From assembly GCA_012295275.1 (NCBI GenBank), contig CM022678.1, positions 13,578,001-13,642,000 on the forward strand: DNA of 64,000 nt, in the 5' to 3' direction. The stretch comes from Chrysomallon squamiferum. Lineage: Eukaryota > Animalia > Mollusca. Both the position numbers and the translations under genes were made by a program. The first letter of the stretch is position 1. Every line of letters begins with the position of its first letter. Positions 1-14,761 of the stretch are shown piece after piece. The notes under the pieces are model-generated. The model ran no database searches. It saw only the letters and a program-made list of their open reading frames with translations, and was not told the origin of the DNA.

Positions 1-3000
1 CAAATAAATGAACAAATAAATAATAAATAAATAAATAAACAAACAAACACAATTTTCAGTAAAATCTACAACACATCAGTCTTTTTTTTTGTCATATTTT
101 TTTTCATTTTTGCTTTCATTTGCTCATTAAGATTATGCTGACTGCTCCTAATTTATTTTATTATTTACTATAGATAGCCAGATAGATAGATAGATTAGAC
201 AGATAGAGATAAGAAGATAGGTAGATAGACAGACAGGTAGATAAGTAGATAGATAGACAGGTAGACAGACAGATAGATATTCATACCAAATAGTTTGGAC
301 AGACTTGGTAACAGGCACTCATAATTCCCTCCATGAAAGTGCAAGTCCCATTGTGTAGAACAGTCCAAAGTGTTGTGGAATTCCTAGCAACTGAAACAAC
401 ATTAATTATCAGTTATACTACAGTTCTTTTAAATATTAACAAACAAATTTACAGACACAAGTATTCAAAAAAAATGTTTAAATATTTTTACCAGGTGAGG
501 ATCAGTGGCTACCACTTTCTTGTGTATCGACTCTCCGACAACTCAAACACACACTTCAGTTATTTTACTGTGTCACCGATTTGCTGTATTATTGTGATAC
601 CTGTTAGTTACTCTTACCATATAAATGTTAATTTTGTGATTAATGTGTTATTTTTATTATAAATGTGTTTTCCTATTAATGGTTAGCTACTAATAATGTG
701 TTACCAATGAGTTGGTGTTGTTATTGTTACTGTGATTATTACTGTCTTGTTATTATTTTGTTGTTACAGTGGTACTTTATTTTTAATAATCACTGTTAAA
801 TATGCATATCCTGATATGTATATTTAACAAACAAAAACATATCATATCTAATGAACTTACATCTGTAATACTGTTATAATAACAATTACATTAGTTCAAA
901 ATGTAATATTCTTAATTCTTCTTCATCAACAGTTTTAAAACACTGATTTAAAAACAAGCACAAGGAAGACACTTCCCTACCGTCTCTAGACAAGAAATAA
1001 GAAAAGAATACTGAGCATAACCTACCTGATGTTGCTGAAGACATTGTTGAATGAACTCAGGATACCAAAAGGATGTGCACAGTTGAAGTTGTAGTAGCAC
1101 AGATCATCATCTCCAGTCTGTTGTAAATAAATAAATTAAAATTTAGTTTGTTGTAGAACCAAAATCAAATAATATTAAACTTCAGTTTGTCATGAAACCT
1201 AAAATCATCAATTTTTTTTCTTTAAATTATAGTGAATAAAACAAAGTTGTTGGAATAATGACTGTAAGTTTTGTACAAAATTGGGTCTAATAAACTGAAA
1301 CTTGTAGAATTTTTAATCTGTCACATTGTGACACTAGTAAATTGTCTGCTTCTGGTATATGATGACATATACATATTAATATCATTTATTTCTGACCTTA
1401 TTTTTTTAATGAAACAAACAATAATTTTTATACTAGCACAATTTTATTACACTAAAATCAGAAAAAAAGGAAACTGTAATGATTGTTTTTTATATTACCC
1501 ATATATAATATATAATCACCAACTGTGATTTTTCATAAGTGACTCTTCAGCCAAGTTTTAAAGGCAAAGTAATTTACGTATGCCTTAATAATTTCTGTAA
1601 GAACACATGTATGTAAACTGTTTTTATGCTAGATATTTCTGTTTCTCTGGTTATGGGCGATTGTACAAATTCATAAACTGTAAAAAATATTTTAGGAAAG
1701 TATAATGGCACATTTCTCACCAGGTCTCTCTAACTCATAAAGTATCAATTCATGATTAAAAAAAATTATTGTTTCTATAATTTTATCTGTCTCTCTGTTT
1801 TCAAGCCATATTGAGAATCTTGTGTAGTTTCTGAAATCAGTCTGCCTGTAAAACATTTTATTTTAAAAATTAATCTTTTTTGTCTATAAAAATACATTAA
1901 TGTTATTATTTATGTCAACAGTTAAAAAAATATATATTTGTTTCAATTAATTAAATTTATATCCATATCCATAAATACATTAATTATTTGTGTTAAAGAA
2001 AAAAGATATTTTTGTCAATTATTTAAATTTATAAATATGTTACATTAGTTGCAATGTGTTTTTAAAATATATTTTTTTTAAACAAAAATATATCATAGAT
2101 TTTTAGAAATTAATAGAAAAACACTGTTTCGACCAGCAAAGTGATCAAGGCTAAAGGTATATGAACTTTAAACGGCTATTGATAAAAAAAATATATTAAA
2201 AGGAAAGTAGCAAAATTTATAAAAATAAGTAAGATAAAAAAAAGAGTAAATATATAAAAAAAACAGGTGAAAGTCTGATGAACATCTAAAATAGTGTGTC
2301 TGTAAATTGTTTTTTATTCCCTATAATTATACAATAAATATTATAACTGAATAAAAAATAATGGTTTAAAATTTTAATAAAAACAATAAAAACAAAAGCA
2401 ACAAAAACAAAAACAATGCAAATTAAATTAATAATTTAAATTATTATATTTATTTTTTGCTATCTTTTTACATACTCTTGTTGTGTACTGATTTTTTTAT
2501 ATATAACACAGTTAATTTAACATACTTTTTATATGGATCAGATAATTAATCATGAAAAGTGGCTGACTGGTATAATAATAATAATAGTAGTAGTAATGAA
2601 ATAATAATAATAATGATAACAGTATTTATACATGATGATGAAAATAGTAATCCTTAATGATGATGATGATGATAAAATATTTAATCATGTGAATAAGAAC
2701 AAAAAAAGTAAAAACTGCAGAAAAGATTAGTGTGTCAAGCAAATGGAGGAAATACATGAAGAAGCTAATGTTCTCACCTGACTGGCTGGAATGGGCAGGA
2801 CTGGCTTCATGGTTGAATGAATGATAGGGTATAGTTTGTCTGTGGGAATTAATTTCATGTAAAAATTTAACAGGGAAATGTAATTTAAAAAGTGAATTAT
2901 TGTTATCAGTGATTAAAACATTTTAATATCAAATGCAATTTAACACAAAACAATTTTGTTTTTTGTCACCTTTTTTTTCAAACAATAATTCTGAAAAATA

Positions 3001-4249
3001 AGAATTAAGTATTGAAATCATCTTAAAGTGTAAGTTTGGTGGTAAAAATAAAATGTCCAATACAATTCTTTGTACTTTTAAATTATTATTTAGTTTTTTC
3101 AGTGCTGTAAATAAGGTATAACAGGTATAACAGGTATAAAAATATAATAAAACTGTTACAGAATATTTAACTCTACCATTTTTTGCTGTTTTGATATATG
3201 ATGATATACATAATGCACTGACAGTTCTTTATTGTGAAGCTTTCACTGCTTCTGATGATGTCACAATTATAAAAAGTGATAAATCCAGATATTTACAGAC
3301 TGAATTCTTTTGTTGATACACATCATTGTTAATTACAACTTGATGACAAAAATAAGTAAATGACTGTATGCAGAATATATCTGAACTATTTAGGATATCA
3401 AAAATGTATTTTAAATTGATACTAAATGAAATACAAATGCATTTTGAATTAAACACAGAATAATTTAGAATCTTCAATTATTTTACCTTTTTCTGTTTCA
3501 GTCAAATGTGCAAGATCTCTGTTCCATCCACTAAAAAAAAATAGAATAATTTAATTTGACAGAAACACATAAAATAAAAGATAGTTTGACATAAAATAAA
3601 AAATAAAACATAATTTGACATAGAAAATATTTTTACTTAGCACAAAAAAAAACAACATAATCTGAAATGGAGTGTGATGATGTCAAAACTATCTGTTTAA
3701 GAAAGGTAAAATGACAGCATTCAGATGTTTTGTAATTCTATCATTTACTGTCATACTGTTTAATGAGCAATGACAATAAATATCTTGGATTTATAAATAA
3801 TTTTATTATGGGATTTATTAGAATTTAAAATTTACATACCATCCATGATAGACACAACCAATGACAGCTGCAATCACATAAAAAAAACCCAGAAAGGCTG
3901 TAACAGCAGCAAAAATAGCTTTGTAAAAGCCGGAAGCTGCATAAATAGAAAATAAAATCAGCTTCAATCTAAAGAGTATCAGATTTTATTATTATTCATT
4001 TTTTTTTTACCAAAGCTTGGCTTAGATCAGCAGTTCCCAATTGACGTCTTCTAAAATCACGATTACTTACTTGTAATGACACTGCATTCTACTAACCTTG
4101 ATAGCTGTGCCCAAAACAAATAAATAAATAAATAATATAAATTAAAAAAATAAATCAATAAAAATGGTTTTGAGTATAAAATTATATAAAAAAAATAATA
4201 ATAATAATAATAATTAAAGATGTCAAGAATAAGCAAATATACATATATC

Positions 4250-4293
<44 letters not shown>

Positions 4294-4429
4294 ACATGCA
4301 TAATATAATGATCAGTTAAAAAAAAGACTTGCAGTATTAAATTAATTATATAAAAAGAAATTCAAATATATGTAAATTAAAATAATAATTAAAAACGTAC
4401 ATTATTCATAATATAATGTCATATAATTT

Positions 4430-4813
4430 AACTATGAAATAAGTGAAATAAAATAAACGAAACAAAAAAAAACATGAAATGAAATGATAAAACATGCCTT
4501 AATTCAATGGACATCATCTGCTTTTTCTTCTCAGTGCTGTCCTTTGCACTCACTTTCTTAGGATCCATGGTCAGAAAAAAGAAATTTGGCAAAATACTGC
4601 ACAAAACAAGAACACAACACAACGAGATGTTTCAACTGTGATAACCATGTGATGTAAACGAGTGAGATGTGGGATGCTGGACAGATATTGTGTTGTTCCA
4701 ACTAGTGTATCTGAAGCTCACTCATAACTTGGATTTTGCCTTGCAACTCAAAGCAAAAAAACAACCGAGCGAATGTTTGTAACTTGGAAAACTTTTAAGT
4801 TGAGATACCACTG
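4430..4813 (-). mobile_element. Tigger/pogo-like (Tc1-mariner superfamily) DNA transposon 5' remnant in a SID-1 intron
   Basis: Minus strand begins TA-CAGTGGTATCTCAACTT, a Tigger-like terminus. It is followed by MDPKKVSAKDSTEKKKQMMSIELRH, which resembles the N-terminus of TIGD/Tigger transposases, and is then truncated. Confidence 0.7.
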
Positions 4814-5089
4814 TATATGGATGTTACTTACTGGACAGTGCAGTTTTGATATAAACAGTGAAACGTTTTTGATGAAGACTTGAGGCCTCTCTGATTGTTT
4901 CTATTCCAGCACAGTTCAAGTCGAGTGGTTTCAGAACAAGTACAATGTACAGAGATTCAGACAAATTATCACTTTGCTGAAAAAAAGAAACAATACTTTA
5001 ATAAAAACAAAGTATTTCAACAGAACAAATGAACAATTACTACTGTGGCTGCCACTTACTAATATTAATATAATATTCTGGTTACTTCT

Positions 5090-5790
5090 TACTAATATTT
5101 ACTAATATTACTGTTGCTACTATTTACTAATATTATTGTCACTAATATTTACTAATACTACTGTTACTAATATTTACTAATACTACTGTTACTAATATTT
5201 ACTAATACTACTATTACAACTATATACTAATACTACTGTTACTAACATTTACTAATACTACTGTTGCTACTATTTACTAACACTACTGTTACTAATATTT
5301 ACTAACACTATTGTTACTAATATTTACTAATACTACTGTTGCTACTATTTACTAATACTACTGTTCCTAATATTTACTAATACTACTGTTGCTACTATTT
5401 ACTAATACTACTGTTCCTAATATTTACTAATACTACTGTTGCTACTATTTACTAATACTACTGTTGATACTATTTACTAATGCTACTGTTACTAATATTT
5501 ACTAATACTACTGTTGCTACTATTTACTAATACTTCTGTTGCTACTATTTACTAATCCTACTGTTACTAATATTTACTAATCCTACTGTTACTACTATTT
5601 ACTAATCCTACTGTTACTAATATTTACTAATCCTACTGTTACTACTATTTACTAATCCTACTGTTACTAATATTTACTAATCCTACTGTTACTAATATTT
5701 ACTAATACTACTGTTACTAATATTTACTAATACTACTGTTACTACTATTTACTAATACTATTGTTACTACTGTTTACTAATACTACTGTT
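5090..5790. repeat. 25-bp AT-rich minisatellite, about 28 copies
   Basis: Unit ctgttactaatatttactaatacta repeated with variants (gctactattt, tcctactg). Confidence 0.9.
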
Positions 5791-8611
5791 ACTACTGTGG
5801 CTACTACTTACTTATGCTATTACTGTTACTGCTACAGCTACCACTATTATTAATGCTAGAGCTGCTGCTTACTAATGCTATTGATACTGCTACCAATACT
5901 ACTACAATAGTACCATTTACTAATAGAACATTACAATTTTCAGTTATGGCTACTACTTACTATTATTATTACTATTACTTCTATGACTACTTCTTACTAA
6001 TATTCTATTATTACAGTTATTATTACTTCTATTGCTACTATTTACTAATACTATAATTACTTCTCTAACTCCTTCATTTTAATACCGAATATGACACAGC
6101 CATTTGTCTTGACAGTTATTTTTTCTTTTCAAATTGTGATTTGATAAAGAAAGGGGAATAAAAGATAATAAAAAAAAAATTAATTCCATTTAATATGAAC
6201 ATCATGTATGTGATATTATCACATGTATAAATAATTTTATTTATATCTATTTTATATCTCCATATTTCTGTAATAGCATTTCTATTATGTAGACTAATAA
6301 TAATAATAATAATAGTAACTGTCAGTTCAAATAACAAAACGTTTTTAAAAACAACACCAAAAAAACATTATATACAAGATTTATAGGAATTATTTTTTAT
6401 ACCTCCAGAAACATGGCTGCCTGGGTTGTCTGATGTTTCCCACGGAAACCTACATCTCTGTCCAGGTCAAACACAGGACACTGCAAACAAATTCAATAAT
6501 TTTTCCTTCCATAAAATATATTTTTTATTTTAATGTGATTACCATTTGTGTGTGTGTGTGTGTGTGTGCAAATATACATTTCTATTTATTATGAAATACA
6601 TTTACATTAATTTATGCCTGTACATGTGTGCTGGTGTGTGGGGGGGTTGTGTTTGTGCTTCTTCTCAGAAACATATTTATGGAAATGTCAGATACCCATC
6701 AGTTTTCTGATTTATAATAATAAAAACAAGTTAATTAATACACTTCACCTATTTTGTTCATTATTGTAAAATAATATTTAAAACAAACCTGAATATTTTG
6801 AACTGACATGTCCATACAAAGCTTACTGGATGAATTCACTTTCAAGTGAACTGATGACACACCTTTTGGAAAGGTGTACATGAAGTACCAAGGTTTTATA
6901 TTCACAGTTTTTGATTCCTCATCACTGAAACATTCAATTATATTTATTAGAAATAACAGAGCCCTGTGTATTTGAAAGAATGGTGAATATTAAACAGAAA
7001 TTTATAAACAGCTGTTAAAATTGGTAACGTTATTAAATGTTTCTGAAACACAGAAAAATAGTAGTATGTATCTGAAAAATAATGTATCTGAAAAATATTT
7101 GTCAAATTAAATCAAGTACAGAGTTAACCAGATAAGAAATCTCAGTATTAATAACTGTAGAGCATCAAACTTGTCTGAAATGTAAAAATATGCACTAATA
7201 GTGTCCAAGAAAGTGAGAATTCAGTGTACACATATTTTATATATTGTAAAGAAATAAATAAACTTTAAAAAAAAAGAGGAAATCATGAAAGTTAAGTGTT
7301 ATTTTGAGCCATGGTTGACAGTTCTACATAAACTGACTGCTCCTTTCTCATTTTCTTTCTTTCTTCTGGATTCATTGGGCAAAGAGTTCAATTTACAAAA
7401 TTGTAAGGATATTGGAAATTAAAACAAATTGTTATAATTTATTTATCAACCCAAAAATAACATCACTGAACTGATTTACAAAACAACCAAATAAACAAAC
7501 AGAAAAAGAAAGAAACTTAGAACAATGAAAGACACATTCACTGAACTGAAAAACAGCTGCTGCAGACTATATAAATTGTTGTCAGCCATTAATGAAGAAG
7601 CATAAAATGATAGCAAATAAAAATGTGCCTGTTATGATTTCATTTCATGTAATTCTTGTTATTTTCTGTTTTATCATCCAGATATCAATTACAACATTTG
7701 TATTATTAAAAATATTGCTGATGTCAAAACACAAACGTGTGTCAGGCAAACAATGTAAACAATGTAAACAATGTAACAAATCATAGTTGTTATCTTATTT
7801 CTATCAACTTGGCCTTTTATTTAATTTTCTTTTTGATTTTTTGTTTAAGTAAAAGAAATAATGAACAAATAAAGAATTTTGTACCTTCTTAAGAGACTAT
7901 TATTTTATTCTTTTACTTTGTTATTACTGAAATCCGAATTGAAACACAGTAGGTTTGTTATTTTTGTCCTTTGTTTTAAATTTTCCAGGTTTATATTCTG
8001 AATAATAGGAAACTGTTGTGATTTTGCAAATTAGAATAGTTTGAGTTTCAGCTCATGAATATCATGAAAATAAAATATATAAAAAAATAAATCTTTTATA
8101 AATATATAGCCACAGATAACCAGTCCAGTAACATACATAATAAGTGCTATATAAGACACATGTTCAGTATTAATAATGTATAATAAGGGTTTATATTTTG
8201 TTAAGAAAAATTATACCAGAAAAATAATTAAAATAACATAAATAACAATATAATAATATTAAATGAAAAAGGACAATTCTAAAGGCAGATTTGACTAAAG
8301 ATGATGAAAACATACAAGTAATCTGCCACTAGAGGCACTGCCCCGTGCACGATGCCTTGCTGTTGACGTATTACAACCATTAAAGGGAAGTCATTCTGAG
8401 CAGACTCACTCTGCACAGAAACCCTAGCTGCTGTAGTCTGCAACAATAAAATAATAATAAAATAATAGTACTAGTACTAGTAGTAGTAGTAGTAGTAGTA
8501 GTAATAATAACAAAATAGTGAAACGTAAGTATATCTAGAAATGAAATTTCGATATGAATAATCATCAGTATCTGTAAATAAAAGCATGAATTATCTGCCA
8601 CAACAGTAAAC

Positions 8612-8675
<64 letters not shown>

Positions 8676-9604
8676 CAATCAAATCTAGATAAGAAATTTC
8701 TATATGAATAATCTACATTATTTATTAGTAATAAATATCGTCTTAAACTGTTAACCACTCATTTAAATTACAGAAAAATATTAAAAATAACAACAACAAT
8801 AACAATAATAATAATAATAATAAATAAATAAATTGATTAAAATGCAAGTAGGTTGTTATAAAAACATATTATCCCACCAATCAAATCAAATAAATATGTA
8901 AATTAATAACTAATCTAAACTTACTAAATAAAAACAAATTCAAGAATAATTAAATAGTGGGGACGTTTTATATAGTTTTTTTCTTCTTGTTACTTCAGCT
9001 TTATAACACTAGATATCAGTGACAGTGTTTTTAGTGTTGAACATAAAATCAACATGTATTTCCTTACGCTTTTTTAAATATTTATTTATTTCGTTAATGT
9101 ATATATATATATATATAATGGACGTTTCATAACAAAATACATATAATGAAGTATTCTGTTTTTATAAATACTTAAAATAGTGTAAGTTAACTAACATACC
9201 TCATTCTCAGTTTCGTTACAGTGGTAAATGAATAAGACTTGACAGCCAATGTTACCGGAGCAATTATAATTTGTACCATAAGATGCTTTGACACCAGTCG
9301 TGTTCAGAGCAATTCAGTCATATCTGGAAAATCTTAAAACCGAAGTGACGCCATTCAAACACATGGCACTTTCAGATTTTTCATCTTTTAAGACATTTAC
9401 AGATCCAGGAAGTGAAAGGTTTCTAACTTTCTTAAGTTTTTGTTATCCGATTCGGCTGCAGGCAGCATCCAAATAGAAATACAAATTACAATGCTACTCA
9501 GTTGCAAAAACTGTCGATAGTGTGTAACAACCATATATGTCTGTAATAGTTGGTCTTTAAGTAAATGTAACCACTTGTTTTTCGGTTGTTAATTTGTTGG
9601 GTTT

Positions 9605-9685
<81 letters not shown>

Positions 9686-10884
9686 CCTCTCTGGCTTCCG
9701 TATCACCTGTTCATGTTTCGATTCATAAGCTAAAGGAATTTAGTGCTGACAGGAAGTCAGCGCAAAGTTAATCGTTTAGTTAAACCTCTTTATTTTCGAT
9801 ACATTTTCCAACTGAAGTTATTCAGAATTAATTAGAAAATTAGTTAAAATGACCACACTGTTAGGTTTCTTTGTCGTGTCATTTTATAATAAAGTGCCGA
9901 CTGTAAATTTTTATCTTGAATTCCAAACTATTTTTATCTATAATAACATATAACTATAATGTTATCCACTATAACTGAATACATAAATAAATTTCTGGGG
10001 TTTTTTTGTGGGGTTGGGGGTTTTCAGTTATTTATTTATTTATATATGATATAAATTATAATGAATGAGTATCCAGCTAATAAACAATGATGCAAATAAT
10101 AATAATAATAATAATAATATAAATAAATAAATAAATAAATAAAACATTTATTATTTATCAGCTGTGGTTTTGCAGTAGATATTAATCCTTTCAATTAATT
10201 CATGCAAGTGAAATCTACATTCAAACCGCCGCCTTGCACTTGAAAATGCATCCGGTGTAGCCTTAAAACAATTCCCTGGACTGTCCGAATTCATTCTCTT
10301 CAAGCCCAAACACCCCTCCTATATATTTAAAATGGTATACGTTGTGTCCTAATGAAAAATCCTGTGGTTATTAGCAATTACTTTGAAAACGTGATGGATT
10401 TGAAGTGTGTGTAAAAACACAACAACGTGACTATAATCAGCTACCTTTAGAAATATTTTACACTTTAAAGATGCAAACATTAGTGATGACAGAACTCGAG
10501 AACCAGACTTTACAGCAGATTTAGAAAGTAACGTTTACTTCGATAATTACCCCCGACTAATAAGTTAAATATTGTATCTTCAAATAAATTCAGGAAGGAT
10601 TATGCACAAACATGTTCACGTTATAGTGATTGTTAAAACAGACTGTGTGTGTGTGTGGGTCAGGGACAAGGGAGTATTCACTGTTGAAAATTCAAAAAAT
10701 ATATATCTATTTTTAGATCATCATACATTATGTATTGTTAACTGACATACGTATCTGAAAGAATTGGCTAAAAAAACACCAAAAAAACAACAACAACAAG
10801 TTATTAAAATTAATAGTTCTTTGAATTATCAGCAGTTTCGAATAAATTATTATTATTAAAAGCCCCATTAATATAATAATAATA

Positions 10885-10915
<31 letters not shown>

Positions 10916-11239
10916 TCGTCATCATCATCATCATCATTTTAAAAAAGAAAAGAAACTAGAATGAAGAAAAAATGTTTTAGTGTATTTTTAATATACTGAT
11001 GATCACTAAAAGGCCGTAATTCCATTAACTTTCCTGTGTTTTATATTATTTATATTATAATTTATAATATATTAATTTAATATAATGTAAATCATGATGA
11101 GTTTTTTGGTAAAATATTATCAAAAACGGCAAGTCAATTTATTTTTTATTATTTTTTAATTTTTTAAAGTAGCCTGTGTTTTGACAGCTTAGGATGAATG
11201 AAATTAAATGGGTAACTACGTGATATGCTTTAAATTCTA

Positions 11240-11270
<31 letters not shown>

Positions 11271-12351
11271 AGATATTACAGTTAGCTACAGAATTTGGTA
11301 AACAAGACGATAAATGTGTTTTTCAGCTATCGTAATTATTTGTGATTTATTGACCCATGTTCGATGTTGAACAGTGACACGAGGAACTAAAAGGAAAAAA
11401 TAAATAGCACGCGTGCGTTCACCAGCAAACACAAAACAAAGTTGAACTGACAAGTCAGTTTTACTGGGCCGTCGATTGTAACAAAAAATAAGTAAAAAAA
11501 AAAAAAAAAAGTTCTACGAGTTGAAAAATATTAAAACATTCATAATTGTAGGTGAATATACTTTTCCATTAATTACAATTAATTACAATTATTTTGCTAA
11601 TAATCATACTTTTTATTTATTTGTCAACAGGAATTCCTAAAAAAAATATCATATTTAATTTTTTATAATTCAAAAAGATTGTTTGGAATATTATATTATT
11701 ATTTCACATCTTCTCCCATTTTTTTATTATTATTTTTTTATTTTCTATATTACCAGATGGACAGCAGTTTTTAATTTGGAAATATTGTCTGAATTTCCAG
11801 TAATCGTCCATTTCAGAATTTTAATTTAAACTAATTGCAGAGATTAGAAAAAATGACTAGTGAACAATTCTGTATCCTAAAATATCAGGTCATCATTCTA
11901 AAATATTTTATAGTTGATTATAATCTCGTTTTGGCACTGTGTGGTGTGCAGTATAACTTTGGTTTAATTTACATGTATAGCTGAAAACATTTCAAACTGT
12001 ATTTATTTTAAATGGACATTTTATAACGAATTGATTTATGTTTTTAGATTTTAGCTTTTATGTAGAAATGAAAAACCTCTTCTGAACTGCAGAATTATAA
12101 TAATAAGAAGAAGAAGAGAAAGAAATAAGAACAAATGAACGTAAAAATTAAAAACAAATGTGAATTGCCATTCATGATAATATTTTACTAAAAAGTCATC
12201 ACGTTTTGCATTACAATAAATAAAATATAAAATAAATAATATAACTTAGGAAAGTTAAGATAATTACAGCCATTCATTGATCATCGGAATTTTGTGGAAT
12301 TTTCAACAAACCTCAACAGACAATAAATACTCCCCAGACCCTGACCTACGT

Positions 12352-12385
<34 letters not shown>

Positions 12386-14382
12386 TATATAATACAGTCT
12401 ATGTTCTAAACTCCATATAACGTGAACACGTTTGTGCAATAATTCTTCCTAAATGTGTTGCAAGATATAACCTTTAGCTTATTATTAGTCAGCGGAAAAG
12501 TTTTCTAAGTCAGCTGAGTAATGTAACATGTCTCTAACACTATGGATTATTTAATCACATTTTTTTTTTTTTTTTTTGTTGGGCTTTATAACAGTAAGTC
12601 AGAAGAAACCCATTTTCAAACATTCAAGTAATAACTTTGACATGTATATGCGTCATACAATCACTATTTCACGCTTGATATTCATCAATTGTAATTTTGT
12701 TGTTGGTGTTAACACTAATCTTTGAAGTGTTGGAAAATGTTTCTAAGGGCAGCTGATTATAGTCACTTTCTTGTCTTTTTACAGTTTCAAAAAAAGCTCG
12801 TGTGTCATAATTATATACTAAGGTCTATATGTTTTATCTGTTGTCCAACTATGTCTTATTAAAAGTTTTAGGGTTCTTGTACTTTTTACAGGACTCTGGA
12901 AGTCATTGTTTGTAAACCATTGTTTTCCAATTTTTTAAGCTGTATTTTATACTGAATGTTATGCATTGATGACCAAACCATGCCTTATAATGTTTATAAT
13001 ACTAAGTGGACAGGATATGGATAGTAGCAAAATAATGTCTGAAATGGAGAATCCATGTCTCGGAAAACTTTGACAGCCATGCCGATCTGATCGAATATGA
13101 ATCTGAAGGTGAAATGAGGGACAAAAAACATGGGTTGCAGACAGTGATATCTTGGGTATTTTGTTCTTATTCAGAAAAGTAGTTCAAACAAGATTCATAT
13201 CTGCATATTGTTTATCCCGTGCTTGATACAGAATTTGCTATGTATTTGAAAAACTAATTGCCATGAACACTTTAACACAGTTAATAAGGGAACAACAGCT
13301 ACTACTACTACTACTACATGTATACTGTTACCACAATTCTACTAATACTGATATCATACTATTGGTATTATAATAATTACTACTAATAATACTAGTACTA
13401 GATATACTATTGATAATATGACTCCTATGGTACTCATTTTACAATAACTGCTAATTAGTACTACAGCTACCATAACAATTATTATTATTGCAGCAGCTAC
13501 TACTGCTAATACTATTGTAATTATTACTGATCGTAAAATCACAAACAAGTAGTACTACTCCTTCTACTCCTACTCCTACTCGTACTCCTACTCCTACTCC
13601 TACTCCTACTCCTACTCCTACTCCTACTACTAATAATAATAATAATATTACTAATGTCTGTGGTGATACAACAATTGCTGCTATTTGTACTACTATAGCA
13701 GAATCTACAACTACTACTACTACTACAATAATGTTGTCATTTAATACCAGCAGTAATGCAAATAATATTACTGGTAGCTGCTATATTATTATTAACAATA
13801 GTCGCTTTTGTTGTTCTTATTATTATTTTTTTTTTTTGGCATTTTGACACCAGCAGTAATAAAATTAACATTAGTAACTGTAGCCACTAAATGAAGAATA
13901 GCTGCAATGTTAACAGCCGCTAGGAGTGCTTGTGTGTGTGTGTGTGTGTGTGTGTTTATCTGTAGCCACTGTATGAAGTGACTGTTTGCACCTTACTAAA
14001 TGCATGTGGACATGGAGGAAACTATGTATTAAGAATGTTAGGTAAGTAACAATTCCACCTCTAACGTAGTATGTGCAAACATTGAGTGGTAGGTAGAAAT
14101 ACCTAGCAACATCACTGTGCATGACTTCTATCAAGAGAAGGCATGTTTGATAAAACAATAATAATAATAATAAAAACATGACCGCTAACTCATATTATTA
14201 CTACATGTGTTTCAAACAGAATTACTGTCAGTTTAACAAAAACATCTCTGAACAGAACTACATTAAAAAATGAAAGTGTAAAAATAGGCAAGATCTGGAT
14301 TTTTCTGTTTCCATAACACCAGCCACCGCGTTGTGGATCAATAATAAAAATAATAATAATAAGAAGAAGAAGAAGAATAACA

Positions 14383-14433
<51 letters not shown>

Positions 14434-14761
14434 GTAATAATAATAATAATAATAAGCGTTTCCTGCAACGATCTATCATATGCATGCGAACACACACATA
14501 CACATATACACACATTTTTTGTATGTTTTTCTATCTTTCTCTCTTTCATTCTTGAAGCAAACTAAAGTATATGAAATTCTGTACAGTCACATTAGTACAA
14601 GTTACAGGGTTAGCAAGTAATATGTTGTGTGTGTAAAAACGAAAATTCACTTACTACAGTTGTGTCTGACAGGTAAAGACAAGATTTTGAAACATTGTTT
14701 CCTTCACTGCTATTTTATTTCCTGGTGACAAAATGTTTCTATATAACCTATCAAATTGTAA

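Larger units (their letters stand above)
287..9364 (-). pseudogene. SID-1/SIDT-family dsRNA transporter, decayed (unprocessed pseudogene); 3' end probably continues left of the window
   Basis: Exons with SIDT-like sequence: 9364-9200, 8437-8316 (RVSVQSE..FPLMVVIRQQQG), 6924-6789 (PWYFMYTFPKGVSSV..C..SVQNIQ), 6480-6403 (CPVFDLDRDVGFRG), 4976-4832 (LYIVLVLKPLDLNC), 3936-3840 (TM1), 3530-3487, 1117-981 ([30 protein letters not shown]), 534-492, 390-287 (GIPQHFGLFYTMGLAL / MEGIMSACYQVCPNY). Lesions: in-frame TGA 9316-9314; TAG 1024-1022 and 988-986; acceptor GG instead of AG at 536-535; -1 frameshift near 335-338; SACYH->SACYQ; NFQF lost. Confidence 0.88.

Noticed and set aside
981-1030. A-to-I RNA editing rescue of SID-1 (AGG, TAG, AGT and TAG are each one A-to-G change from G, W, G and W)
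   Set aside because: Editing cannot fix the frameshift near 336, the NFQF deletion, the GG acceptor, the His-to-Gln change or the missing exons. Ordinary decay is simpler.
10149-10318. Minus-strand exon-like frame EGCLGLKRMNSDSPGNCFKATPDAFSSARRRFECRFHLHELIERINIYCK
   Set aside because: No partner exons and no recognisable family, so it cannot be supported.
12800-13240. Higher-complexity patch with FSETWI (LINE endonuclease-like ETW) on the minus strand
   Set aside because: A single short motif amid stops in all frames is insufficient to call a retroelement.
5814-14555. Hydrophobic poly-L/I/Y/N ORFs resembling signal or TM peptides (also 35567-36727 and 39510-39968)
   Set aside because: Derived from (AAT)n, (ACT)n, (AG)n and (ACAT)n microsatellites.
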